A stretch of DNA of 64,000 bases from Bacteroidaceae bacterium (GTDB taxonomy: Bacteria; Bacteroidota; Bacteroidia; Bacteroidales; Bacteroidaceae): NCBI GenBank assembly GCA_045643405.1, contig JAZUKS010000084.1:1299-65298 (forward strand), given 5' to 3'. Shown one piece after another: positions 55,041 through 63,522 of the stretch (the first letter of the stretch is position 1; every line of letters begins with the position of its first letter). The notes beneath the pieces were generated by a model, which saw nothing but the letters and a program-made list of their open reading frames with translations, was not told the origin of the DNA and ran no database searches. A program made the translations under genes and the position numbers.

Positions 55041-55095
55041 AGTCCATTGATTTTTAATTTTTAAGGTTTGGTAAACCTTGAAGTGAAATATTCGT

Positions 55096-55344
55096 TCATT
55101 TGCATCTACTCCCCTCGCCCTCTACGGGAGAGCGGCCAGAGGGAGAGGGTCTGCCATTAATCTTGTGGTTGATGTAACTGTCAATGCCAAAGATGCTGCC
55201 GCAGTAGATGAGTATCTGGGCGAAGATGTAGAGCACGCTATCGTGAATCTCCCCAGGGGGAGGCATCAGCAACGCCACGAAGGCGAGGATGATGCCGAAG
55301 ACCAGAAGCACGATGGCTGTCCATTCCTTGAGTTTCATTTTCAT
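55096..55344 (-). CDS. Small 2-TM membrane protein (resembles Bacteroidales holin-like family proteins)
   Basis: 82 aa. The sequence is MKLKEWTAIVLLVFGIILAFVALLMPPPGEIHDSVLYIFAQILIYCGSIFGI. The family resemblance is from memory. Confidence 0.5.
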   Translation of the reverse strand: MKMKLKEWTAIVLLVFGIILAFVALLMPPPGEIHDSVLYIFAQILIYCGSIFGIDSYINHKINGRPSPSGRSPVEGEGSRCK

Positions 55345-55427
55345 AGGCGAGAGAAGAATTTTACGCTATACTTTTGGATCATCATCCATCCATAGTGCTG
55401 CGCGAGAGCAAGACGTACAAGCGCCTG

Positions 55428-55682
55428 ATGCCCCTGCTGCTTGGCGTACCCGAGTTCAAGAATATCGTGCTGCGCACAGGCAAGACCGCAGAGCAATCGC
55501 GAGGTGACATCCTAGTAGGTAAGGCCTCACACCAGCCTTCCTCAGTAAGGGGGGAGTCATGGGAACTGAACGATGCCCGAACCACCTTCAACCTGCTATA
55601 CCAACTCATCGCCGAAGCCATCGACCATGGCGAAGACGTCAGCATGGAAGTGCTAAGCGCGAAGGAGTGGACGTATAGGTAA
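55428..55682 (+). CDS. Orphan ORF, unknown function (possibly a gene remnant)
   Basis: The track ORF 55374..55682 starts at a TTG that lies inside a TACTTTTG box (55369-55376). The first in-frame ATG is at 55428. The composition looks coding, but I recognise no family. Confidence 0.3.
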   Translation: MPLLLGVPEFKNIVLRTGKTAEQSRGDILVGKASHQPSSVRGESWELNDARTTFNLLYQLIAEAIDHGEDVSMEVLSAKEWTYR

Positions 55683-55736
55683 AATTATTTTTTACACTTT
55701 TTGGACGAAAACAAGATGTTTTTAGTAAACTTTTTA

Positions 55737-55744
55737 TATCTTTG
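55737..55744 (+). promoter_or_regulatory. Candidate -7 box TAtcTTTG for the GH3 gene
   Basis: TATCTTTG followed by CA, 32 nt upstream of the ATG at 55776. Confidence 0.5.
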
Positions 55745-55775
55745 CACGTAATTACTAACGAAATACTGAAATATT

Positions 55776-58052
55776 ATGAAAAAAACTATCATGGCCCTAT
55801 CATTACTTGCCAGTTCGGCTGCCGTGGCACAAGCACCACAGCTCACGAAGAACAACATTGACCAGGTTCTCAAGGCAATGACCCTGGAAGAGAAAGCCAC
55901 CCTGCTTGTAGGTGGCGAATACGATTTCTGGTCAACCACCGCTATCGCTGGAAACTCATCGCGCACCGTGCCAGGTGCAGCTGGTTCGAGCGTTGCCATA
56001 GAACGCCTCGGCATACCCGAGACGGTGCTCACCGACGGCCCTGCCGGCGTGCGTATCGACGCACATCGTGCAGGTACCGAAAAGACCTACTTCGCCACAG
56101 GATTCCCTGTTGGCACTTGTCTGGCTTCGACATGGAACACGGAGCTTGTGAATCAGGTGGGCAAGGCCATCGGCAACGAGACAAAAGAATACAACTGCGA
56201 CGTGGTACTCGGTCCTGGTGTAAACATACATCGCAACCCTCTCTGCGGACGAAACTTTGAATACTATAGCGAAGACCCATTGCTCACGGGAAAGATTGCC
56301 GCTGCCTACATCAAAGGCGTGCAGAGCGAAGGAGCTGGCGTAAGCATCAAGCACTATGCCGTCAACTCGCAGGAGACGAACCGCATGGGTGTGGACGAAA
56401 TCGTGTCGCCCCGTGCTGCCCGTGAGATCTATCTGCGCGGTTTTGAGATTGCCGTGCGTGAGAGCGACCCATGGACGGTGATGTCGGCTTACAACAAGGT
56501 GAACGGCACCTTTGCACAGGGCAGTCACGACCTGCTCACTAAGATTCTACGCGACGACTGGGGATTCAAGGGCATCGTGATGACCGACTGGTGTGGCAAG
56601 CGCGAGAGCCAGGGCCTCTTCACCGTGAACTCGATCAAGGCAGGCAACGACCTCATGGAACCCGGAAGCCCAGAACAGATTGCCGACATCGTGGAGGGCG
56701 TGAAATCGGGCAAACTCAGCATGGAGGATGTTGACAAGTGCGTACGCCGCATGTTGCAGTACATTGTGCGCACCCCACACTTCAACAAGTTCCAACCCAC
56801 CAACTCGCCCGACCTCAAGGCACACGCAGCCATCACGCGTGACGTAGCCGCCGAGGGCATGGTGCTCCTGAAGAACAACGGTGTGCTGCCCATCGACGTC
56901 AACCTGCGCATCCGTCGCCGTGTGGCACTCTATGGAACGGGTTCCTACAACTTCCTCTCAGGTGGTGTAGGTTCGGGTTGTGTGCATACGCCATACATCG
57001 TTGACCTGGTTGAGGGACTCAAGAACATTGGCATTGAAACCACCCCCGACCTTACCGAGATCTACAAGAAATACATTGACTACGCAAAGCTCAAGTTCGA
57101 AGCCGACCGCCATCCTGCACGTTGGTTCGAAGCCCCCAACATGGGTGACCAGAAGATGCCCGAGATAGAAATCACACCCCTGCACATCTCACGTCAGGTT
57201 CAGCAGTCGGAGATGGCCATCATCACCATCTCACGTCAGGCAGGCGAAGGCATCGACCGCAACATCGAAGGCGAATTCAACCTCACGGCACTCGAGAAGA
57301 AGATGATAAAAGATGTGACAGATGCCTACCACAAAGAGGGCAAGCCAGTCATCGTGGTCATCAACTCGGGTTCGGTTATCGAGACAGCCAGCTGGCGTGA
57401 CCTTCCAGATGCCATCCTCATTGCCTGGCAACCTGGCGAAGAAGGCGGCAACAGCGTAGTTGACATCCTTACGGGTAAGGTTTGTCCCTCGGGACGCCTC
57501 ACCATGACATGGCCCATAGCTGCCACCGACCATCCCTCAACCAAGAACTTTGCACACGAGGACGTGGCTCGTCACGAAGAGGGCATCTGGGTTGGCTATC
57601 GCTACTTCGACACGAACAACAAGAATGTGGCATACCCCTTCGGCTACGGACTTTCGTACACCACGTTCGACTTCTCTAACCCAACCGTGAAGAAGTCAGG
57701 CAAGAACATCGTGCTCAGCGTCACCATCAAGAACACAGGCAATGTGGCAGGCAAGGAAGTGGCACAGGTGTATGTGACGGCTCCTAAGGGTGGCCTTGAA
57801 AAGCCTGCAAAGGAACTCAAGGGATTTGCCAAGACACGCACCCTGAACCCTGGCGAGAGCGAGACGCTGAAGATCAGCATTCCTCAGCGCGACCTGGCTT
57901 CGTTTGACGAGGCAAACAGCCAGTGGCTGGCTGATGCCGGTACCTACAACTTCCAGGTGGGTGCTGACGTATCGACCATCAAGGGTACTGCCAGCATCAA
58001 GCTGCCACGCTATACCGAGAAGACCAGCAACGCACTCGCTATTAAGAAATAG
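55776..58052 (+). CDS. Glycoside hydrolase family 3 (beta-glucosidase/beta-xylosidase type) with a C-terminal Fn3-like domain
   Basis: 758 aa with a signal peptide. GH3 motifs are GRNFEYYSEDP, KHYAVNSQE and the GIVMTDW nucleophile region. Confidence 0.9.
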   Translation: MKKTIMALSLLASSAAVAQAPQLTKNNIDQVLKAMTLEEKATLLVGGEYDFWSTTAIAGNSSRTVPGAAGSSVAIERLGIPETVLTDGPAGVRIDAHRAGTEKTYFATGFPVGTCLASTWNTELVNQVGKAIGNETKEYNCDVVLGPGVNIHRNPLCGRNFEYYSEDPLLTGKIAAAYIKGVQSEGAGVSIKHYAVNSQETNRMGVDEIVSPRAAREIYLRGFEIAVRESDPWTVMSAYNKVNGTFAQGSHDLLTKILRDDWGFKGIVMTDWCGKRESQGLFTVNSIKAGNDLMEPGSPEQIADIVEGVKSGKLSMEDVDKCVRRMLQYIVRTPHFNKFQPTNSPDLKAHAAITRDVAAEGMVLLKNNGVLPIDVNLRIRRRVALYGTGSYNFLSGGVGSGCVHTPYIVDLVEGLKNIGIETTPDLTEIYKKYIDYAKLKFEADRHPARWFEAPNMGDQKMPEIEITPLHISRQVQQSEMAIITISRQAGEGIDRNIEGEFNLTALEKKMIKDVTDAYHKEGKPVIVVINSGSVIETASWRDLPDAILIAWQPGEEGGNSVVDILTGKVCPSGRLTMTWPIAATDHPSTKNFAHEDVARHEEGIWVGYRYFDTNNKNVAYPFGYGLSYTTFDFSNPTVKKSGKNIVLSVTIKNTGNVAGKEVAQVYVTAPKGGLEKPAKELKGFAKTRTLNPGESETLKISIPQRDLASFDEANSQWLADAGTYNFQVGADVSTIKGTASIKLPRYTEKTSNALAIKK

Positions 58053-58075
58053 AATTACACATCTATAACATAAAG

Positions 58076-58112
58076 CGAACGGCTTCCAAATCAAGTGGAA
58101 GCCGTTCGTTTT
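58076..58112. terminator. Bidirectional terminator between the GH3 and PBP-like genes
   Basis: CGAACGGCTTCC-aaatcaagt-GGAAGCCGTTCG followed by TTTT. Confidence 0.8.
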
Positions 58113-58116
58113 GTTC

Positions 58117-59010
58117 TTATCTCTTTGCCAGCAACTGCAACTGTTGCTTGGCATCGTGGTTGCTCAGGCGCAGGAAGCCTGCCTGGTTGTTGTACTGCTG
58201 ACCGTCTGTGACAACCCACGAAAGGAAATCGTCCACATCCGAGTTGAAGTTGTTCAGCTGGAAAGCCACATTCTCAACAGGAATAGTACTGATGGCCTCG
58301 TTCTCGAGCAGCTTGATGGTGTCGTCGAGGTTGCCCGACTGCAGGATGGCTTCAAACTCCTTCTTGACGTTGAGGGGCAGAACTGCAATGTCGTGCTTCA
58401 GCTGTCGTGAGTTGAGGTCGAAGAGGTAAGCCAGGTTGTTGAAGGTTACCGACTGCTTGTCCTTCTGTATGGCGTTGAGCAGGTAGAGGTCATCACCGGC
58501 AATACGCTTACCACGAATGTCGCCCTTGCTGAAACCGAAGTGCTGGGCAAATGCCTGCGCAGCAGACGAGGTGCTGGTGCCGCTAAACACTACAAGCTTC
58601 TCGCTGAGCTTCTCCTTCTTCGACTTCTCTGAAGCATCCTGGTAGAGGTCTTCCTCCGTCTGGAAGAACAGCTTCTTGATGTCCTTCTCGCCCCATTGCT
58701 TCTGTGCCACCTCCTTGTACAAGGGGTTATCGACGGGAGTCACGGGCAGCAAGGCAAATCGTCCTACGTTGGCCACGTCCAAGCCTTCGGAAATGCCATT
58801 TATGATAGAGATGTTGGCACCTTCTGCCTTATCCACGATTACGACGTTTATCTCGGGACGCACCTGCATGTAAGCATTAGCCCAGCTCTCAACAAGCTGC
58901 TTGCTTGCCTTGGTTGCCTTTACTGTGATGGTTCCGTTACCCTTGGTGGCTGCATTTGCCAATGAGGCTACTGCCAAAAACGCTGCTGCTAATACTGTCT
59001 TGAATTTCAT
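58117..59010 (-). CDS. Secreted periplasmic-binding-protein-like protein (PstS/PBP_like_2 type)
   Basis: 297 aa with a signal peptide. ITVKATKASKQLVESWANAY and VVFSGTSTSSAAQAFAQHFG resemble the phosphate/anion-binding PBP fold. No permease or ATPase partner is adjacent. Confidence 0.5.
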   Translation of the reverse strand: MKFKTVLAAAFLAVASLANAATKGNGTITVKATKASKQLVESWANAYMQVRPEINVVIVDKAEGANISIINGISEGLDVANVGRFALLPVTPVDNPLYKEVAQKQWGEKDIKKLFFQTEEDLYQDASEKSKKEKLSEKLVVFSGTSTSSAAQAFAQHFGFSKGDIRGKRIAGDDLYLLNAIQKDKQSVTFNNLAYLFDLNSRQLKHDIAVLPLNVKKEFEAILQSGNLDDTIKLLENEAISTIPVENVAFQLNNFNSDVDDFLSWVVTDGQQYNNQAGFLRLSNHDAKQQLQLLAKR

Positions 59011-59109
59011 AATGCGTCTCCTTTCGTTTATTTTTTAATAATGGTTTATTACTATGTTGATTTTTATTGTTTTATGAGTGCAACTCTTTGTGATTTGAGT
59101 GTAACTCTT

Positions 59110-59218
59110 GATTTCGAGTGCAAAGGTACGGCAAAATCGGCACCCCCACAATCGCAACAGAGTGGTATTCCATATACCCAAAAATAGTAAACGGCATACC
59201 AAACTTTTGGTATATGGC
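59110..59218 (-). promoter_or_regulatory. Promoter/operator module C (upstream of the PBP-like gene)
   Basis: The -7 box is TACCTTTG (plus CAAAGGTA, 59121-59128). GGTAT-TCCAT-ATACC is at 59164-59178. The 7-2-7 TACCAAA-CT-TTTGGTA is at 59197-59212. Confidence 0.6.
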
Positions 59219-59549
59219 TCCTGATTGCCCACCCTTTAGGTTCACCCAAGGTTCGCACACAGTTCGCACACGATTCTCCACGGATTTGTGAGTGCACCCT
59301 GAGTGAAACGTGAAGGAAACAGGCACGAGAGAGAACATAAAGTCTGCCCGTCATTCGGCCGCCATCATGATACCCGTTTTGCAAAAAAAAGCCTCATTTC
59401 GACAATAAACGAGCCAAGAAATTCATCTTTTTGCCCATTTCGTTGCATATCGTTTTTATATTTTGTATCTTTACACCCAATAATAGCGGGTCGTCATGAA
59501 TGGCCATGCCAAACAAGACCAAACTAACTAACAAAAAAACGAATTGACA

Positions 59550-61529
59550 ATGAAAATTAGAAACATCCTTCTTAGCGCTTGTCTGGCTGCTGGTGCATCG
59601 GCATCGGCTCAGGACAACACCATCACGGTTGAGACTGCCAAACTGGGTGCTCCTGTGCAGCCCACCATGTACGGCATATTCTTTGAGGACATCAACTATG
59701 CTGCCGACGGAGGTCTGTATGCAGAGTTGGTAATGAACCGTTCGTTCGAATTCCCCAACCCCTTTGCCGGATGGGACATCTCGGGCAAGGTGTCATTGCA
59801 GAACGATGGCCCATTCGAGAAGAACCCCCGCTACGTGCGCCTGGCTCCCTCCGGACACGGCCATAAGCACACCATGATTGAGAACAGCGGATTCTTCGGC
59901 ATGGGTATCAAGAAGGGTGCAGAATACAAGTTCAGCGTATGGGCACGCTGCCCCGAGGGTGGCAACTCAAAGATATGGGTTGACCTGGTGGACAACGCCA
60001 CGATGGGCGACGACCAGAAGATTGGCAACGGAGGCGTGGAGATACAGGGCAAGGAGTGGAAGAAATACACCCTGACCATCAAGGCCAGCAAGACCGTGGA
60101 GAAGGCTCACATGCGTGTGTGGGGCGACTCGAAGGTGACCACCGACCTGGAGCACGTGAGCTTGTTCCCCGTGGACACCTACATGGGCGACGAGAACGGT
60201 ATGCGCAAGGACCTGGCACAGGCATTGTATGACATGAAACCCGGCGTATTCCGCTTCCCCGGCGGTTGCATCGTGGAGGGTACCGACCTGGAGAGCCGCT
60301 ACCAGTGGAAGAACTCAGTAGGCCCCGTTGAGAACCGCCCCCTGAACGAGAACCGCTGGCACTACACCTTCACCAGCCGCTATTACCCCAACTACTTCCA
60401 GAGCTACGGATTGGGATTCTTCGAGTATTTCCGCCTTTCAGAGCAGATTGGTGCTGAACCCCTGCCCGTGCTTAACGTAGGTATGGCTTGCCAGTACCAG
60501 AACGACATCCGCGATGAGAAGAAGGTACACGTGGGCATGGATGACCTGCAGCCCTATATCGACGACTGCATCGACCTCATCGATTTTGCCAATGGCGACC
60601 CCAAGACCAACAAGTGGGCCAAGATACGTGAAGAGATGGGACATCCAGCTCCCTTCAACCTAAAGTTCATCGGCGTGGGCAACGAGCAGTGGGACTACAA
60701 GGACAACAAGGCATTCAGCAAGCGCCTGAAGTTGTTTGTTGAGGCCATCCGCAAGGCACATCCCGAGATTCAGATCATCGGTACCAGCGGTCCCGACAGC
60801 GAGGGTCAGAGCTTCGACCTGGGTTGGACTGCCATGAAGGAACTGAAGGCCGACTTGGTTGACGAGCACTTCTACCGCAACATCGATTGGTTCAAGAACG
60901 AGATGAACCGTTATGACGAATACGACCGCAAGGGTCCCAAGGTATTTGCCGGCGAGTATGCCTGCCATGACCGTGGCAAGAAGTACAATCACGCTGGTGC
61001 CAGCATCTACGAGGCAGCCTTCATGACCAACCTCGAGAAGAATGCCGACATCGTTCACATGGCAACCTACGCTCCCCTCTTTGCTCATGTTGAGGGTTGG
61101 CAGTGGCGCCCCGATGCCATCTGGTTCGACAACCTCCGTTCAGCCAAGACCGTAAGTTACTACGTACAGGCATTGTATGCCCAGAACAAGGGTACCAACG
61201 TTTTGGCAACCACCATCGCCAACCCCACTCCCAAGGGTCAGGACGGCATCTTTGCAAGTGCCGTTTACGACAAGGAGACTGGCGAGGTCATCGTGAAGGT
61301 CATCAACACCACCGAGGCAGACAAGACCGTCGACATCAAGATCAACGGTATGAAGAAGGGCATCGCAAAGGTCAGCACCATCACACTTGACTGTAGCGAC
61401 TACGATATGGAGAACACCGTGGACAATCCCAACGCCATCCTTCCCATGGAAGGAAGCATCAAGGCCGAGGGCAACATCGTAAAGGCTAAGGTAGAAGGCA
61501 AGAACTTCGTGGTTTACCGAATCAAGTAA
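59550..61529 (+). CDS. GH51 alpha-L-arabinofuranosidase
   Basis: The track starts at the TTG at 59544. The ATG at 59550 gives MKIRNILLSACLAAGASASAQ. GH51 motifs are FRFPGGC, GVGNEQW (acid/base Glu) and FAGEYA (nucleophile Glu). Confidence 0.88.
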   Translation: MKIRNILLSACLAAGASASAQDNTITVETAKLGAPVQPTMYGIFFEDINYAADGGLYAELVMNRSFEFPNPFAGWDISGKVSLQNDGPFEKNPRYVRLAPSGHGHKHTMIENSGFFGMGIKKGAEYKFSVWARCPEGGNSKIWVDLVDNATMGDDQKIGNGGVEIQGKEWKKYTLTIKASKTVEKAHMRVWGDSKVTTDLEHVSLFPVDTYMGDENGMRKDLAQALYDMKPGVFRFPGGCIVEGTDLESRYQWKNSVGPVENRPLNENRWHYTFTSRYYPNYFQSYGLGFFEYFRLSEQIGAEPLPVLNVGMACQYQNDIRDEKKVHVGMDDLQPYIDDCIDLIDFANGDPKTNKWAKIREEMGHPAPFNLKFIGVGNEQWDYKDNKAFSKRLKLFVEAIRKAHPEIQIIGTSGPDSEGQSFDLGWTAMKELKADLVDEHFYRNIDWFKNEMNRYDEYDRKGPKVFAGEYACHDRGKKYNHAGASIYEAAFMTNLEKNADIVHMATYAPLFAHVEGWQWRPDAIWFDNLRSAKTVSYYVQALYAQNKGTNVLATTIANPTPKGQDGIFASAVYDKETGEVIVKVINTTEADKTVDIKINGMKKGIAKVSTITLDCSDYDMENTVDNPNAILPMEGSIKAEGNIVKAKVEGKNFVVYRIK

Positions 61530-61631
61530 GTTGCAAGCCCTACTTACCCAAGGTGTTTTCACTTTTCCTCATTCACCTTTCACTTCGAAGACAAGAAACA
61601 AACCCCATAAAACTAATATTAACTAATTATT

Positions 61632-62525
61632 ATGAAAAAAACATTTCTTACCCTGACCATGGGTATGGCACTGGCAACCAGCATGGTAATGACCAGTTGC
61701 GGAGAGAAGAAAGCAGGTGCAGAACAGGCAGACGCCAAGGCTGAGCAGACCGAGGCTCCTGCAGGCAAGGCAAAGGCTCAGAAGCCTGCCGACCTGAAGG
61801 TTTACAAGAGTTCTGACTTGCAGGCTCAGATGAAGAACGAGGCTGCCAACGTTGGTTTCGACGAGAGCGTTATCTCGACCGTTGACGCCATGATGGAGAA
61901 CAACAAGGCTGTCAAGGCAGTATACTTCGACCACAAGATCAACATGATTGGTACCGCTTCATTCAAGAACTGTACCAACCTTGAGGCTGTATATTTTGAC
62001 GAGGCTATCGACGTTATCGGCGACGAGGCATTCATGGGTTGTACCTCTTTGAAGGAGGTTAAGGTAACCACCTCTACCCTCGGTTTGAACGCATTCGACG
62101 GTTGTACCTCTCTTGAGAAGGTGTTGCTCGACCAGCAGGGATGGAAGATTCGCGACAACGCGTTGGCTAACTGCCCCAACCTGAAGACCATCATCATCCC
62201 CATGACCATCGACGCCATCGAGGAGGACGCTTTCAAGGGTTCAAGTGGCATCGAGGAGTTGGCCATCCCCTACAACTTCAAGGACCGCATGTACACCTTC
62301 TGCTCAGCATCAAAGAACATCAAGAAGATCTACATCCTGACTCCCGCACTCTATCAGTTCCCCACAACTGCAGCTGCCAAGGCATTCAACAAGGTTCAGT
62401 GTGAGGCATACGTACCCGATGCATTGCTCAAGGACTTCCAGGGCGACGAGACATGGAAGGACTTTGCATCCATCAAGCCTCTTAGCGAGTCGGGCTACTT
62501 CAATGCCGACAGCTCTATCAAGTAA
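61632..62525 (+). CDS. Leucine-rich-repeat lipoprotein (BspA-type LRR)
   Basis: 297 aa with lipobox VMTSC. Repeated units are IG..AF..C..L..V (IGTASFKNCTNLEAVYF, IGDEAFMGCTSLKEV, LNAFDGCTSLEKV, IRDNALANCPNLKTI, IEEDAFKGSSGIEEL). Confidence 0.8.
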   Translation: MKKTFLTLTMGMALATSMVMTSCGEKKAGAEQADAKAEQTEAPAGKAKAQKPADLKVYKSSDLQAQMKNEAANVGFDESVISTVDAMMENNKAVKAVYFDHKINMIGTASFKNCTNLEAVYFDEAIDVIGDEAFMGCTSLKEVKVTTSTLGLNAFDGCTSLEKVLLDQQGWKIRDNALANCPNLKTIIIPMTIDAIEEDAFKGSSGIEELAIPYNFKDRMYTFCSASKNIKKIYILTPALYQFPTTAAAKAFNKVQCEAYVPDALLKDFQGDETWKDFASIKPLSESGYFNADSSIK

Positions 62526-62535
62526 TATATTTAGA

Positions 62536-63489
62536 ATGAATATAACCGAAATTATCAACAAAAAACAGGGGACAGCATTCTCATTTGAGGTGCTGCCCCC
62601 TTTAAAAGGAAATGGAACAGCAGCCCTGTTCCGCACAGTAGAACAGTTGAGCGAGTTTAACCCTCGCTACATCAACATCACCACTCATCGCAGCGAGTAC
62701 GTCTATCACGAGGTGGAAGGCGGTTTGCTGCAGAGACAACGTATCCGCCGTCGCCCTGGCACCATCGCCATTGCGGCAGCCATACAGAGAGAATTCAACG
62801 TGCCCGTTGTGCCCCACTTGGTGTGCAGCGGCAATACCCGCGAAGACCTCGAGTATATGTTGCTCGACCTCCAGTTCCTGGATATCAGCGACATCCTGGT
62901 GCTTCGTGGCGACAAGGCGAAGGAGGACAATGCCTTCCACCCCACGGGTGACGGTCCCTCGCACGCCACCGAACTCATCGAACAGATCAATCGCTTCAAT
63001 GCTGGCCAGTTCTTCGACGGCACTCCCATCAAGGTACCCGGAAAGCCCTTCCACTTTGGTGTGGCATGCTACCCCGAGAAGCACGAAGAGGCTCCCAACA
63101 TGGAAAGCGATTTGGCTATATTGAAGCAAAAGGCTGATATGGGTGCTGAATATGCCGTTACCCAGCTCTTCTATGACAACCAGAAGTATTTCGACTTCGT
63201 CAAGAAGGCCAGGGAGATTGGCGTCAACATCCCCATCATCCCAGGCATCAAACCCTTGGCAAAACTCAGTCAGCTGACAATGGTACCCAAGACCTTCCAT
63301 TGCGACTTGCCCGAAGCCCTCTATCGCGAGGCCATCAAGTGCAAGACCGACGAAGCATTGAAGCAGGTGGGCATCGAATGGGCAGCCGAGCAATGCCGTG
63401 ACCTCCTGAAGAATGGTGCTCCCAACCTGCACTTCTACACCGTGTCGGCTGTCGACAGCATCAAGGAGATTGCAAAGAAGATTTATTGA
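62536..63489 (+). CDS. metF: Methylenetetrahydrofolate reductase
   Basis: The track ORF 62401..63489 overlaps the upstream gene. The ATG at 62536 gives MNITEIINKKQGTAFSFEVLPPLKG, a typical MetF start. Supporting motifs are ITTHRSEYVY, HLVCSG, LVLRGD, AVTQLFYD and HFYT. Confidence 0.9.
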   Translation: MNITEIINKKQGTAFSFEVLPPLKGNGTAALFRTVEQLSEFNPRYINITTHRSEYVYHEVEGGLLQRQRIRRRPGTIAIAAAIQREFNVPVVPHLVCSGNTREDLEYMLLDLQFLDISDILVLRGDKAKEDNAFHPTGDGPSHATELIEQINRFNAGQFFDGTPIKVPGKPFHFGVACYPEKHEEAPNMESDLAILKQKADMGAEYAVTQLFYDNQKYFDFVKKAREIGVNIPIIPGIKPLAKLSQLTMVPKTFHCDLPEALYREAIKCKTDEALKQVGIEWAAEQCRDLLKNGAPNLHFYTVSAVDSIKEIAKKIY

Positions 63490-63522
63490 TCCGGGCAAAC
63501 CGGACAGGAAACAGGAAACCAG

